A stretch of 64,000 bases of DNA, taken from contig JAFXXX010000019.1 in assembly GCA_017542065.1 (NCBI GenBank), forward strand, positions 59,705-123,704, written 5' to 3'. Made by a program: the position numbers and the translations under genes. Each line of letters opens with the position of its first letter. Position 1 is the first letter of the stretch. Positions 50,015 through 60,940 of this stretch are shown in pieces. The notes under the pieces are model-generated. The model was not told the DNA's origin, did not search any database, and saw only the letters and a program-made list of their open reading frames with translations. The DNA is from Bacilli bacterium (GTDB lineage Bacteria > Bacillota_I > Bacilli_A > RF39 > UBA660).

Positions 50015-51196
50015 TTATCTAAAAAAGGCCATGAATACTAAGAAACCTGTTAAAAGTGCAAGTATTACTGCTCCACTTATTCTAGATGATTTCTTGTTTT
50101 CTACTCCTGCTCCTAGCATATAACTAATAGCAAGACCACCAATTAAACCACCTAAGTGAGCATAATTACTAATACCAGGTATAGCAAATCCAATAGCTAA
50201 GTTAATTACTATAACAGATAGTAATGAACCTATCATTTTATTACCAATATAACCTCTATAAGTATATCCAAAGTATAATAGTGCTCCAAGTAAACCAAAT
50301 ATAGCTCCAGAAGCTCCTACTATAAATACATTATCTCCATGGAATATAAGTGCTACTAAAGATGCAGTAATTGCACTATATAAATATATTAGTATAAACT
50401 TTAACTTACCATAGAAATAATCTACTGTAGGTCCTAATACAAATAATGAATACATATTACATAATAAGTGAATTATATCAACATGTAAAAATGTACTAGC
50501 TATTAATCTATAATAGTCTCCACCTTTAACTAAGATACCTGCATTAGCACCAAAATTCTTTAGAATTGAATCAGATAATCTAAGTAATGGGAAACTTGCA
50601 TGACCAAGAATACACATAATAATAAATAATGTTACATTAATTCCTATTAATATAAATGTTAATAGTTTATCATTCTTATTTTTAAACATCTTAGCGCTCT
50701 TCTCACTTTCTTTAAAATTATTATCACTTACTTCAGAAACAAGTTTAACAAATAATTCTAAATCTTTTTCTTCATAAGTCATATTACTTTCTATATCACT
50801 ATAGTATTTCTTAATATCTTCATTATCATAAATATCTTTTTCTTTATATACTCTAATATATTTATATTTACTTTCTTCTTTACTCTCTTCATCAGTTTCT
50901 ATTACTAGATCTTCATCCATATTTAAATAGAATGTTAATACTTTAATAGAAATAGATAAAGTTTTTCTTTTAACTTGAGAAAGTATATTATCTATTTTTA
51001 ATAAATCTAATTCATATTGTTCCATATTAATTATTTTATTTAAAACTATTCTAATGATTCTATAGTTTTCATTATCGTTTTCAAGCCATATTTCATTTTC
51101 TACACCATTAACTATTATTGGTTTATAGTTTTTGTTACAAATAAAATAATGCATAAGTTTCATAGATAAGATATCTTGACTCTTAACCTTTTTCAT
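50015..51196 (-). CDS. rhomboid intramembrane serine protease
   Basis: YYRLIASTFLH, HLLCNM, GASGAIFG and HLGGLIGG motifs. Confidence 0.93.
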   Translation of the reverse strand: MKKVKSQDILSMKLMHYFICNKNYKPIIVNGVENEIWLENDNENYRIIRIVLNKIINMEQYELDLLKIDNILSQVKRKTLSISIKVLTFYLNMDEDLVIETDEESKEESKYKYIRVYKEKDIYDNEDIKKYYSDIESNMTYEEKDLELFVKLVSEVSDNNFKESEKSAKMFKNKNDKLLTFILIGINVTLFIIMCILGHASFPLLRLSDSILKNFGANAGILVKGGDYYRLIASTFLHVDIIHLLCNMYSLFVLGPTVDYFYGKLKFILIYLYSAITASLVALIFHGDNVFIVGASGAIFGLLGALLYFGYTYRGYIGNKMIGSLLSVIVINLAIGFAIPGISNYAHLGGLIGGLAISYMLGAGVENKKSSRISGAVILALLTGFLVFMAFFR

Positions 51197-51205
51197 ATTA
51201 ACCTC

Positions 51206-52096
51206 CTATCTATATGTATCTAGTATTTTATTAAATTCATCTTCTAAAGGAGCATTAAATGTCATAACTTCTTTAGTAGTTGGATGAATAAATGTAATTT
51301 CATATGCATGAAGCATTTGACCATAATTATCTATGTTTTTACCACCTAGATAAACTGGATCATTAATTATTGGATGTCCAATATATTTCATATGAACTCT
51401 TATTTGATGAGTTCTACCAGTATCTAGAATGCATTCAAGTAATGTTGCTTCTTTAAATCTTTCTAAAACTTTAAAATGTGTTATTGCTTCTTTAGAATTT
51501 TCAGGTGTTACACACATCTTTTTTCTATCTAATTTATCTCTACCTATTGGAGCATCTATAGTACCAGTATCATGTTGTATAACTCCTTTAACTAGAGCAA
51601 TATATTTTCTTTTAACTTGTTTATTTTTTATTTCTTCTGCTAAAACTAAATGAGCTTTATCGTTTTTAGCTACTACAAGTAAACCTGATGTATCTTTATC
51701 TATTCTATGAACTATACCAGGTCTAAATTCTCCATTAATAGTACTAAGTTTACTATGATTCATAAGTGCATTAACAAGAGTTCCAGAATGATTACCATTA
51801 CCAGGATGCACAACCATTCCACTTTGTTTGTTAACTACTATTACATCATCATCTTCATATACTATGTTAATAGGAATATCTTCAGCTTCAACATGCATTT
51901 CTTCATCAATCATAGTAATATCTATTTCATCACCATCATTAACTATATATGAGTTTTTAGCCTCTTTTCCATTAACTAGTACATTACCTGTTTTAATAAG
52001 ATTTTGAATCTTAGATCTAGATATATCTATATCTTCACATTCAAAAATATATTTATCTAATCTTTCATTAAAACTATCACTTACTACTAACTTCAT
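51206..52096 (-). CDS. rluD: RluA/RluD family pseudouridine synthase
   Basis: S4 domain, RPGIVHRIDKDTSG and TGRTHQIRVH motifs; follows lspA. Confidence 0.93.
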   Translation of the reverse strand: MKLVVSDSFNERLDKYIFECEDIDISRSKIQNLIKTGNVLVNGKEAKNSYIVNDGDEIDITMIDEEMHVEAEDIPINIVYEDDDVIVVNKQSGMVVHPGNGNHSGTLVNALMNHSKLSTINGEFRPGIVHRIDKDTSGLLVVAKNDKAHLVLAEEIKNKQVKRKYIALVKGVIQHDTGTIDAPIGRDKLDRKKMCVTPENSKEAITHFKVLERFKEATLLECILDTGRTHQIRVHMKYIGHPIINDPVYLGGKNIDNYGQMLHAYEITFIHPTTKEVMTFNAPLEDEFNKILDTYR

Positions 52097-52541
52097 TCTT
52101 ATCACCATCTTTTCTAAATAATAGGATTATGGCACCTATAACAATTAAAGCATCAGCTATATTAAATATTGGAAAATAATATTTAAATATAATTACACCA
52201 ATATAATCAATAACATAACCAAATACTATTCTATCAATTAAATTACCAATTAAACCGCCTATTATCAAAGCAAATTCTATATTATACTTTTTCTTTTTGT
52301 ACATATAATAAATTATAAATACTAAAAAAGCAATTGATATAGCAATAAGAATATATCTAAGGCCATACATAATAGAAAAAGCTGCTCCTTCATTATGAAC
52401 ATTAGTTAAATAAAATATATTTTTAATTACACTAATACTCTTATTTAAAGGAATATATCTATTAACTATAATCTTAACTACTCTATCTATAGCTATAATT
52501 AAAAAAGAAATAATTGATAATATAGCGATTTTCTTTTTCAT
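52077..52541 (-). CDS. lspA: lipoprotein signal peptidase
   Basis: N.GAAFS, GNLIDR, VIDYI and FPIFNIAD motifs. Confidence 0.95.
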   Translation of the reverse strand: MKKKIAILSIISFLIIAIDRVVKIIVNRYIPLNKSISVIKNIFYLTNVHNEGAAFSIMYGLRYILIAISIAFLVFIIYYMYKKKKYNIEFALIIGGLIGNLIDRIVFGYVIDYIGVIIFKYYFPIFNIADALIVIGAIILLFRKDGDKNEVSSK

Positions 52542-52549
52542 AATTCTCC

Positions 52550-53491
52550 TTATAAATTTAATAAGAACATTTCAAATCCAAAATTAGAATCTACTTTTCC
52601 AATAATAGAATTATAGTTTAAATCAGATAATTCTTCCAGCTTTCTTTCTGCTTCCTCAATACTTACAAATGAATTTTTAGCAAGTTTAATTCTATATGGA
52701 TGTTCTTTTAACTTAGAGATAATTTCATCATCTCTATAACCATTTTTAACCATTAATTTGACTTCTAAAATAAGTCTATACTGATTTGATAAAGTAACCA
52801 TTAATTTAAATGGATCTTCCCCCATTTTAATTAAATTATTATATGTTTCTATTAATCTAGATTTTTCTTTATTAACAATCATATTAGTTAAATCAAATAT
52901 ATTGTCATTTATATTTGAAGATATTACTTTATCTAAATCTTCTTTAGTAATGTTTTTATCATTACCCTTATATATAAATAATTTTTCAAGTTCATTAGTT
53001 ATAATTGATAAATTATATAATGACCTTTTAAGTATTATATCTATGTTTTTTCTGTCTATTTTATATCCATGACTAGTTATATATTCATATACATAATTAT
53101 TTAAATCATAATTTTCAATTTTATTACATACTATTACTTTACTTATCTTCTTAAGAGCCTTAGTTACTTTCTTCCTTTCATCTAATTTTTCGTTTCTAAC
53201 TATAAATATTAGATAAACATCTTTAAAAGGATGTTCTAAGTATCTTAATAGATTTGTATCTGATTCAAGTGAATCTGATCCAGTTAAAAAGTTTGCATTA
53301 TCAAGAATTAAAACTTTTTTATCATCAAACATTGATACAGTAGATGCATCAATTAATGCTGATTCTATTGAATCAGTATCTAGATTATATCTACTAATAT
53401 TATCATTTGAATCAATCTCATTAAGTATGTCAGTAAGATTCTTATTTATTAAATAATCTTCATTACCATATATTAAATATATATTGTTCAT
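52550..53491 (-). CDS. holA: DNA polymerase III subunit delta
   Basis: YLIYGNE, KLDERKK, NELEKL, NIFDL and HPYRIK motifs. Confidence 0.92.
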   Translation of the reverse strand: MNNIYLIYGNEDYLINKNLTDILNEIDSNDNISRYNLDTDSIESALIDASTVSMFDDKKVLILDNANFLTGSDSLESDTNLLRYLEHPFKDVYLIFIVRNEKLDERKKVTKALKKISKVIVCNKIENYDLNNYVYEYITSHGYKIDRKNIDIILKRSLYNLSIITNELEKLFIYKGNDKNITKEDLDKVISSNINDNIFDLTNMIVNKEKSRLIETYNNLIKMGEDPFKLMVTLSNQYRLILEVKLMVKNGYRDDEIISKLKEHPYRIKLAKNSFVSIEEAERKLEELSDLNYNSIIGKVDSNFGFEMFLLNL

Positions 53492-53502
53492 GTATATCAT
53501 TC

Positions 53503-54432
53503 CTAACTAAATATTTTGTGTAATAAACTGTCTTTATCATGAATACCATTTAAATAGTCTTTAACTAGTATTCTATTTTTCCCCTCTTCTTTTATTTCAG
53601 TTATTATGATTTCTCCATCACTTGTTTTAACACCTATTCCATCTGGATAGATATTAGTTATTTCACCATTATCTCCACTAGGATTCTTATCAGATATTCT
53701 AGATGAATAAATTTTAAACACTTTACCATCTAAAGTAGTATAAGCGACAGGCCAAGGATTTAATCCTCTCACCCTATTAAATATCTCTCTAGATGTTTTA
53801 TTAAAGTCAATATGTTCATCTCCTCTAGTAACGTTATATCCATAAGTAGCTTCTTCATTGTTTTGCTTTATTGCAGTAAAATCTCCACTCTCTAATCTAG
53901 GAATAAAATCTATAATCATTTTAGATCCTAGAACACTTAGTTTATCATGAAGAGTTTCTACGTTATCAGTATCTAGTATTTCTACTTCTTCCTGATAAAG
54001 GATATCTCCTTCATCCATTTTTTCATTCATATACATAATAGTTATTCCTGTTTTAGAATCACCATTAATAATAGACCAATGTATTGGAGCACCTCCTCTT
54101 AGTTTTGGAAGAAGTGATGCATGTATATTAATGCATTTATATTTTGGATAATCAAGTATTTCTTTTGGAATTATTTGTCCATAAGCGCATGTAATAATTA
54201 CATCAGGATTAGCATCTAATACATTTTGATAATCAAGTCTTATTTTCTCTGGTTGAAATACTTCTATACCATGATCTAAAGCATATTTCTTAACTTCAGA
54301 ATACTTGATTTCTTTTTTTCTTCCAACTTCTTTATCAGGTTGAGTTACAACCATAACAACATCATAATTATCATCTAATTTCTTTAAAGGATTTACCGCA
54401 AATTCAGGCGTACCCATATAAACTATTCTCAT
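53503..54432 (-). CDS. fmt: methionyl-tRNA formyltransferase
   Basis: YMGTPEFA, VTQPD, INIHASLLPKLRGGAPI and RGLNPWP motifs. Confidence 0.97.
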   Translation of the reverse strand: MRIVYMGTPEFAVNPLKKLDDNYDVVMVVTQPDKEVGRKKEIKYSEVKKYALDHGIEVFQPEKIRLDYQNVLDANPDVIITCAYGQIIPKEILDYPKYKCINIHASLLPKLRGGAPIHWSIINGDSKTGITIMYMNEKMDEGDILYQEEVEILDTDNVETLHDKLSVLGSKMIIDFIPRLESGDFTAIKQNNEEATYGYNVTRGDEHIDFNKTSREIFNRVRGLNPWPVAYTTLDGKVFKIYSSRISDKNPSGDNGEITNIYPDGIGVKTSDGEIIITEIKEEGKNRILVKDYLNGIHDKDSLLHKIFS

Positions 54433-54441
54433 AATAACCCC

Positions 54442-55536
54442 CTAGAATAATTTAATAATGTCTTTAATTGTAATAAATACCATTAATATCATTAATAAAA
54501 TAAATCCTACACCATTAATAATAGATTCTACTTTTAATGGTACTTTCTTACCTATTATCTTTTCTACTATAAGAAGGAATGCTCTTCCTCCATCAAATGC
54601 TGGGAATGGTAGTAAATTCATAAATCCAACATTAATTGATAAATAAGCTGTTAAATACAATAACATAACCATGCTACCTTTAGCCATATCTACAACAGTA
54701 TAAATACCAACAGGGCCAGATACACTATCTATTCCAAGTTTACCCGAGAATAAACTTATGATTATTATAATTAATTGTTTAAATATAGATACTGTTTTAG
54801 TAAATGCATATTTAACTGAAGGTATAAATCCTTTTTTAACTCCTGATTTAACAGAAATACCAAAGTATTTACTACCCTCTACTTCTTTAGAGTTAACTTT
54901 ATAAGTAACTGTTTTTTTAGTATCTTTCTTCTCTACAGTTATATTTAATGGTTTATCAGTACCATTAATAGCAACCCATAAAATAATATCATCATCAGTT
55001 TTAATCTTATGACCATTAATCTTTACAATCTTATCACCATCTCTAGCACCAGCTTCATATAATGGTAAATCTTTTTGTAAATTACTTAGTTTATTATTTG
55101 AATAATCACATCCATAAACAAGACCCATTATAAATAATAAAACTAATCCTAAAACAAAGTTATTAAATACTCCTGCTACCATAATTAAAAACTTTTGATA
55201 AAATCTTTTGTTATATAATTTTTGGTTTTCAGAAACTATTACTTTTTCTTTTTCTTTTTTCTTTCCTTTTTTACTTTTTTTATCTTCTTCCTCTTCTTCG
55301 TCTTCATACTCTTCACCAGCAAGCATTACATAACCGCCTAATGGAAAAAGTTTAATCATATATTCTGTTTCATCATTTTTTCTTTTAAAGGAAAAAAGTT
55401 TAGGCCCAAACCCTAAAGAAAATTCATGAACATAAACTCCATTCATTTTAGCTAATATAAAATGACCAAATTCATGTATAAATACAATTAATCCTAATAT
55501 AAGTAAAAAAATTAAAAGCGTAACTATATGTCCCAT
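54442..55536 (-). CDS. rseP: RIP metalloprotease RseP/RasP
   Basis: HEFGH, PLGGYV, a PDZ domain and NLLPFPAFDGGR. Confidence 0.94.
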   Translation of the reverse strand: MGHIVTLLIFLLILGLIVFIHEFGHFILAKMNGVYVHEFSLGFGPKLFSFKRKNDETEYMIKLFPLGGYVMLAGEEYEDEEEEEDKKSKKGKKKEKEKVIVSENQKLYNKRFYQKFLIMVAGVFNNFVLGLVLLFIMGLVYGCDYSNNKLSNLQKDLPLYEAGARDGDKIVKINGHKIKTDDDIILWVAINGTDKPLNITVEKKDTKKTVTYKVNSKEVEGSKYFGISVKSGVKKGFIPSVKYAFTKTVSIFKQLIIIIISLFSGKLGIDSVSGPVGIYTVVDMAKGSMVMLLYLTAYLSINVGFMNLLPFPAFDGGRAFLLIVEKIIGKKVPLKVESIINGVGFILLMILMVFITIKDIIKLF

Positions 55537-55544
55537 ACATCCTC

Positions 55545-56318
55545 CTATAAAATAATTGCTTTAATAATAAAATACATAATAGATACAAATATTAAACTAT
55601 CAAATCTATCTAATATTCCTCCATGTCCAATAATAATATTACTATAATCTTTAATATCAAATTCTCTTTTAATTGAACTAAATACTAAGTCTCCTACTTG
55701 ACCTACTATAGATAATGCTAGTGTAACTAATACACATACAACAACATTACAACCAGGATCAATCATAAATAAATAATAAATAACTGGTCCAATAGTTCCT
55801 ATAACAGATCCTATAATAGAACCTTCTATAGTCTTATTTGGAGACACTCTTTCAATTAATTTATGAGTTCCAAATAAAGAACCTCCAATATATGCAAATG
55901 TGTCTGTAAGCACTGTAATAAGTATTATATAAACTAAGTTATGAATACTTTCTAATCTAATATCTTTAATGATATAAAAAGCTACTCCAAGAAATATAAT
56001 AGATACTAAAACTTGACATGCATTCTTATAATTAAACTCTTTAGTAGTAATCATAGAGGCTACTATAAAAATAACTGCAGTTAATGCAATAGCATAAAGT
56101 ACATAATCAAAACTAAATACTATCATTAATAAACATAAATAACTAAGTATTTCTAATACTATATGTAACTTCTTTTCTCTTTTATATAGACTATTTAATT
56201 CCCATAATCCAAGAACTGCTATAAGTCCAATTAAAGCGCTATAATACCATCCACCAAGTATAGTAAGTGGTACGCATATTGCAATAAGTAATATTGCTCC
56301 AAGTATTCTTTTTTTCAT
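55545..56318 (-). CDS. cdsA: phosphatidate cytidylyltransferase
   Basis: DTFAY..G, SPNKTIEG and GDL..S.IKR...IKD....GHGGILDRFDS motifs. Confidence 0.95.
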   Translation of the reverse strand: MKKRILGAILLIAICVPLTILGGWYYSALIGLIAVLGLWELNSLYKREKKLHIVLEILSYLCLLMIVFSFDYVLYAIALTAVIFIVASMITTKEFNYKNACQVLVSIIFLGVAFYIIKDIRLESIHNLVYIILITVLTDTFAYIGGSLFGTHKLIERVSPNKTIEGSIIGSVIGTIGPVIYYLFMIDPGCNVVVCVLVTLALSIVGQVGDLVFSSIKREFDIKDYSNIIIGHGGILDRFDSLIFVSIMYFIIKAIIL

Positions 56319-56395
56319 ATATTATCACCTTTATTAATTATATCATTTTTACTAATTATAAACAATAAAAGTATTAGATATTTCTAATACTTTTA

Positions 56396-57805
56396 CTACT
56401 TTATTTCTTCTATTTTCATGTAATTTGTGTAATTAACTGATAATGGAAAACTACCAACAATTACTATCTTACCTTCATCTTTTTTAAGCATAACTCTATA
56501 TGCTTTTTTAGATAACTCTACAAGTTCATCAGTAGATGTCATCATTTTAGTATAAACAGGTATAATTCCATAGTTTAAACTAAGTCCTCTTGCAACATAT
56601 TCCGAAGGAGATATTGCAATAACTGGACATCCTGGTCTATAACTACTAATTAATTTAGCAGTTAAGCCTGAAGTTGTAGAACATACTATTGCATCAGCAT
56701 TTATATTATTCGCAGATGTAGCTGCTGAATAAGATATTGCTTTAGATATAGTATTACTTTTATTAATTACACTCTTTAAATAACTAGAATAGTCTAATTC
56801 TTTTTCAGTAGATTCAATAATTTTACTCATAGTTTCAACTGTTTGTACTGGATTTTTTCCAATTGCAGTTTCAGATGAAAGCATTAATGCATCAACTTGT
56901 TCTACTACAGAAGAAGCTACATCAGATACTTCTGCTCTAGTTGGTCTAACATTTTCTTTCATAGAAGCTAACATTTCAGTTGCTATAATTATTATTTTCT
57001 CTTCTCTTTTAGTTAAATCCACTATTCTTTTTTGAATTGATGGAATTTTTTCAAGTTCTGTATCTAATCCAAGATCTCCTCTTGAAACCATTATTCCATC
57101 ACTTGCTTTAATAATATTTTCTATATCATCTATTGCATTCTTATTTTCTATCTTAGATATTAATTGAATATTATTATTATTTAATCCAATTAATACATCA
57201 TTAACATCTAATACATCTGCTGCATCTTTAACATAAGATAAAGCTATATAATCAACTTTATTTTCAGATGCGAATTTAATACATTCTATATCATAATTAG
57301 ATAAGAATTTTATATCATAATCTAAATTTGGAATATTAACTATTGAATATTGGTTAATAATAGCATCATTTAATATTTTACAAAGTATAATATCAGGTCC
57401 TTTTTCTATAACCTCTAATTTTACTTTACCGGAATCAAGATATACATAGCCCCCAATATCTATATGTGAAATAAGTCCTTTAGAACTTAATGATATAAGA
57501 TCTTTATTACCTACTATTTCACTTTCAGAAAGTCTAATAATTTTATCTTTTTGTAAGAAGACTTTCTTTTCTTCTAAAGCACCTATTCTAATTTCAGGTC
57601 CTTTAGTATCTAACATAATACCGGTTAAAATTTTTTCTTCAAAATTAATTTCCCTTACGTAGCCTATTATCTTTTTAGCCTCATCAAGATTAGAATGTGA
57701 CATATTAATTCTAATAACATCACTTCCACCCTTAATTAATCCCCTAATAATCTCTTTATCTAATGAACTAGGCCCGACTGTAGAAATCATCTTAGTCTTG
57801 TTCAT
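56396..57805 (-). CDS. pyk: pyruvate kinase
   Basis: KTK.ISTVGP, DTKGPEIR, KIEN, DGIMVSRGDLG and PTRAEVSDV motifs. Confidence 0.95.
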   Translation of the reverse strand: MNKTKMISTVGPSSLDKEIIRGLIKGGSDVIRINMSHSNLDEAKKIIGYVREINFEEKILTGIMLDTKGPEIRIGALEEKKVFLQKDKIIRLSESEIVGNKDLISLSSKGLISHIDIGGYVYLDSGKVKLEVIEKGPDIILCKILNDAIINQYSIVNIPNLDYDIKFLSNYDIECIKFASENKVDYIALSYVKDAADVLDVNDVLIGLNNNNIQLISKIENKNAIDDIENIIKASDGIMVSRGDLGLDTELEKIPSIQKRIVDLTKREEKIIIIATEMLASMKENVRPTRAEVSDVASSVVEQVDALMLSSETAIGKNPVQTVETMSKIIESTEKELDYSSYLKSVINKSNTISKAISYSAATSANNINADAIVCSTTSGLTAKLISSYRPGCPVIAISPSEYVARGLSLNYGIIPVYTKMMTSTDELVELSKKAYRVMLKKDEGKIVIVGSFPLSVNYTNYMKIEEIK

Positions 57806-57853
57806 AGTATCACCTAGTATAATTATATAATTTTTTATAAAAAAAGAAAAGAC

Positions 57854-60652
57854 TTAAATCATCTTTTCTATGTTATTTGCGATTAACTGATAATCACTAT
57901 TTCTTCTTTCTACCATAGCAGTAACTTTAATTATATTTCCTTTATCTATGTTAACATTCTTTTCAAATATTTTAGGAAATAATATTACTTCAATAGAACC
58001 AAATTCATCTTCAGCATTAACAAATGCCATTTGATCTTTATTTTTAGTTTCTACCTGTTTTTTTCTATTAACAAGTAAATATATTTCTATTTGTTTATTA
58101 AAGTTACTTGGTATATCTTTTGTAGAAATATTATTATCTTTATACTTTAATACTGGATGATTAAATAGATAAAGTCCAAATGCATTATATTCTCTATCTA
58201 GTAGTTCATCTTTAGTAAATTCATCTACTTCTTTGATTAATGGTTTTTCTATTGAATCATCATCTAGATCATTAGATAGTTTTGCATAATTAATTGCAGA
58301 ATCAATATTCTCAATTAAAGTATGATGATTATAACCAGTATAATCAAATGCTGATGCATCAATTAAATAAGTAATATCTTTCTTAGTGAATCCTACACTA
58401 GTTAAAAGTTTAACATAATCAAAGAAATCCATATTTTCATTTCTTTGTTCTAATATTTTTTTAACTTGCAATTCAGATATATTTCCAGTACCACTAAGAG
58501 GATAAATAATATTACTATCTTTAATAATATATTTATCTTCACTAAGTCTAATATCAGGTTTTAATAAATTAATACCATATTTTCTAAGGTCATTAATATA
58601 TTCTTTAGTCTTAACATCATTCTTAATAACAGAGTTAAGCATTTCAAGCATGAAGTCTTTTCTATAATGAACTTTTAAATAAGCCATCCAGTAAGATATT
58701 ATTGAGTATGCTACTGAATGTGATTTATTAAATCCATATGAAGAAAATTTATGTATTAAATCAAATACTTTGGATGCTATTTCTTTTGAGTATCCATTTT
58801 CTACTGACTTAGTAATAAACTTATCTTTTTCTTCATTCATAGCTTCTTCTTTTTTCTTAGACATTATTCTTCTAAGAAGGTCTGCTTCAGCCATTGAATA
58901 ATTAGCCATAGTGGATGCTATCATCATTATTTGTTCTTGGTAAATAATAATACCATAAGTTTCTTTTAATATATTTTCTAAAGAAGGATCAATATAATCA
59001 ATCTTTTCTTTACCTTCTTTTCTTTTAATATATGAATCTATATTATCCATAGGTCCTGGTCTATATAGAGCAATTAATGCAACTATATCATTAAATGAAG
59101 TCATATTAAATTTCTTTAATACTTCTTTTATACCAGTACTTTCAAATTGGAATATTCCATCAGTATTAGCAGTATTAAATACTTTAAATGTTTCTTTATC
59201 ATCAAATGGAATATCTTTTATATTAATACCTAATTTATTAGTTAAATTATCTATGAATGTTAAATTATCAAGAGATAAAAAGTCCATCTTAAGTAGACCT
59301 AGACTTTCTAGATAATCCATTTGATAACCTACTAAATCTATATCTTCATTTTTAATAATTGGAACATAACTATCTAAGTCTTTAGACGCTATAACTACAC
59401 CTGCAGCATGCACTGATGTTTGTCTTTTTAATCCTTCAAGTTTTAATGATACATTAAATATCTTAGATAATAATGGATCAGAATCTATTCTAGATTTTAT
59501 ATTCTTGTTTTCTAAGTTTTCTTTTAGAGTTTTCTTTGAATCAAATAACTTGATAAAATTATCAGTATTAGCATTCTCAAATACTCTAGAAACATCTCTT
59601 AAAACCATTTTAGATTTTAAAGTAGAATATGTAACTATTTCTAATGTTCTTTTTGAACCATATTTTTCTTTTACATAATCTATTACTTCATTCTTTCTCT
59701 TTGAATCAAAGTCTACGTCTATATCTGGCATAGTTACTCTATCTGGATTTAAGAATCTTTCAAAGTATAAATTATACTTTAACGGATCTATATCAGTTAT
59801 TCCAAGTGAATAAGAAACAAGTGAACCTGCTGCAGATCCTCTTCCAGGACCTACTAATATACTATTTTTCTTAGCAAATTTAACGTAGTCCCATACAACA
59901 AGAAAATAGTCTTCAAATCCCATTTTCTTAATAATATTAAGCTCATAAATAAGTCTATCAGCATATTCTTTAGATACTTTATTATCAAGTCTTTTAGATA
60001 GTCCTTTTTCACATAAAGATTTTAAATAATCAAACGAAGTATATTTTCCATCTAAATCATACTTTGGAAGTAAATCTTGTTTCTCTATTTTGAAATCAAC
60101 TTCATTATAAATTTCATCAAATAGTTTATTATCACTGCGTATTTCAAAGTAACTATCTTCTTTTTCATATTCAGATTCTTTTAGAGTTTTACCTTCTTTA
60201 ATTAAATATAAATATTCTAAATAATTATTATCTTCTTTATTAAGGCATCTAACTACTTTAAAATCTAAATCACTCGCTTTATACTTTTTAATATTAATTG
60301 CATCCATTAAAACTATTGATTCATCTGAAATTACTGCAAATATATCTTTTAATGAATTAATACTTGTTAATGAAATTTCATTATTATAAAGTATGCATAA
60401 TTCTCTATAACCACTATAGTTTTTAGCATACAAATATAACTTTAAACCATCTATTTCTACTTCTAAACCAGGTATTAATTTAATACCATTTTGTTCACAT
60501 AATCTTTGGGCTTCCATTACGTAAGATAAATTATTATCTACTATACCTACTGCACTAATATTTTTATCTTTTAAAAACATGATTAAATCAGATAATTTTA
60601 TTAAACTACCTAGTATTTCATAATCAGTTTTTATCCCTAATGGTATATACAT
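57854..60652 (-). CDS. dnaE: DNA polymerase III alpha subunit (DnaE), compact, with an eroded PHP domain
   Basis: GPGRGSAAGS, FERFLNP.R..MPDIDVDF, HAAG, KMDFL and YGFNKSH motifs. Confidence 0.96.
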   Translation of the reverse strand: MYIPLGIKTDYEILGSLIKLSDLIMFLKDKNISAVGIVDNNLSYVMEAQRLCEQNGIKLIPGLEVEIDGLKLYLYAKNYSGYRELCILYNNEISLTSINSLKDIFAVISDESIVLMDAINIKKYKASDLDFKVVRCLNKEDNNYLEYLYLIKEGKTLKESEYEKEDSYFEIRSDNKLFDEIYNEVDFKIEKQDLLPKYDLDGKYTSFDYLKSLCEKGLSKRLDNKVSKEYADRLIYELNIIKKMGFEDYFLVVWDYVKFAKKNSILVGPGRGSAAGSLVSYSLGITDIDPLKYNLYFERFLNPDRVTMPDIDVDFDSKRKNEVIDYVKEKYGSKRTLEIVTYSTLKSKMVLRDVSRVFENANTDNFIKLFDSKKTLKENLENKNIKSRIDSDPLLSKIFNVSLKLEGLKRQTSVHAAGVVIASKDLDSYVPIIKNEDIDLVGYQMDYLESLGLLKMDFLSLDNLTFIDNLTNKLGINIKDIPFDDKETFKVFNTANTDGIFQFESTGIKEVLKKFNMTSFNDIVALIALYRPGPMDNIDSYIKRKEGKEKIDYIDPSLENILKETYGIIIYQEQIMMIASTMANYSMAEADLLRRIMSKKKEEAMNEEKDKFITKSVENGYSKEIASKVFDLIHKFSSYGFNKSHSVAYSIISYWMAYLKVHYRKDFMLEMLNSVIKNDVKTKEYINDLRKYGINLLKPDIRLSEDKYIIKDSNIIYPLSGTGNISELQVKKILEQRNENMDFFDYVKLLTSVGFTKKDITYLIDASAFDYTGYNHHTLIENIDSAINYAKLSNDLDDDSIEKPLIKEVDEFTKDELLDREYNAFGLYLFNHPVLKYKDNNISTKDIPSNFNKQIEIYLLVNRKKQVETKNKDQMAFVNAEDEFGSIEVILFPKIFEKNVNIDKGNIIKVTAMVERRNSDYQLIANNIEKMI

Positions 60653-60754
60653 AAAAATAGCCCTTTCTTAATTAAATTATAACAAATAATTGACTAAAAT
60701 TAAACAATATGTTATAGTTAGTTGTAGACAAATTTTTGAAGGAGGAATAAAACG

Positions 60755-60925
60755 ATGGCAATTAAAATTACTAGTAAACAACCTAACTTTGGTAATAGTA
60801 GATCACATGCTAAAAACCAAGGTAATAAAATACAAAAATTAAACTTTCAAACAATAACAGTAAACGGAGTTAAAGTTAAAGTTACTGCTAGAGAAAAAAG
60901 AACTTTAGATAAAGGAAACAAATAA
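60755..60925 (+). CDS. rpmB: 50S ribosomal protein L28 (Cys-free type)
   Basis: MAIKITSKQPNFGNSRSHAKN...KLNFQ...VKVTAREKRTL; AAGGAGG SD; absent from the ORF track. Confidence 0.9.
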   Translation: MAIKITSKQPNFGNSRSHAKNQGNKIQKLNFQTITVNGVKVKVTAREKRTLDKGNK

Positions 60926-60940
60926 AAAATAGGCATTAGC

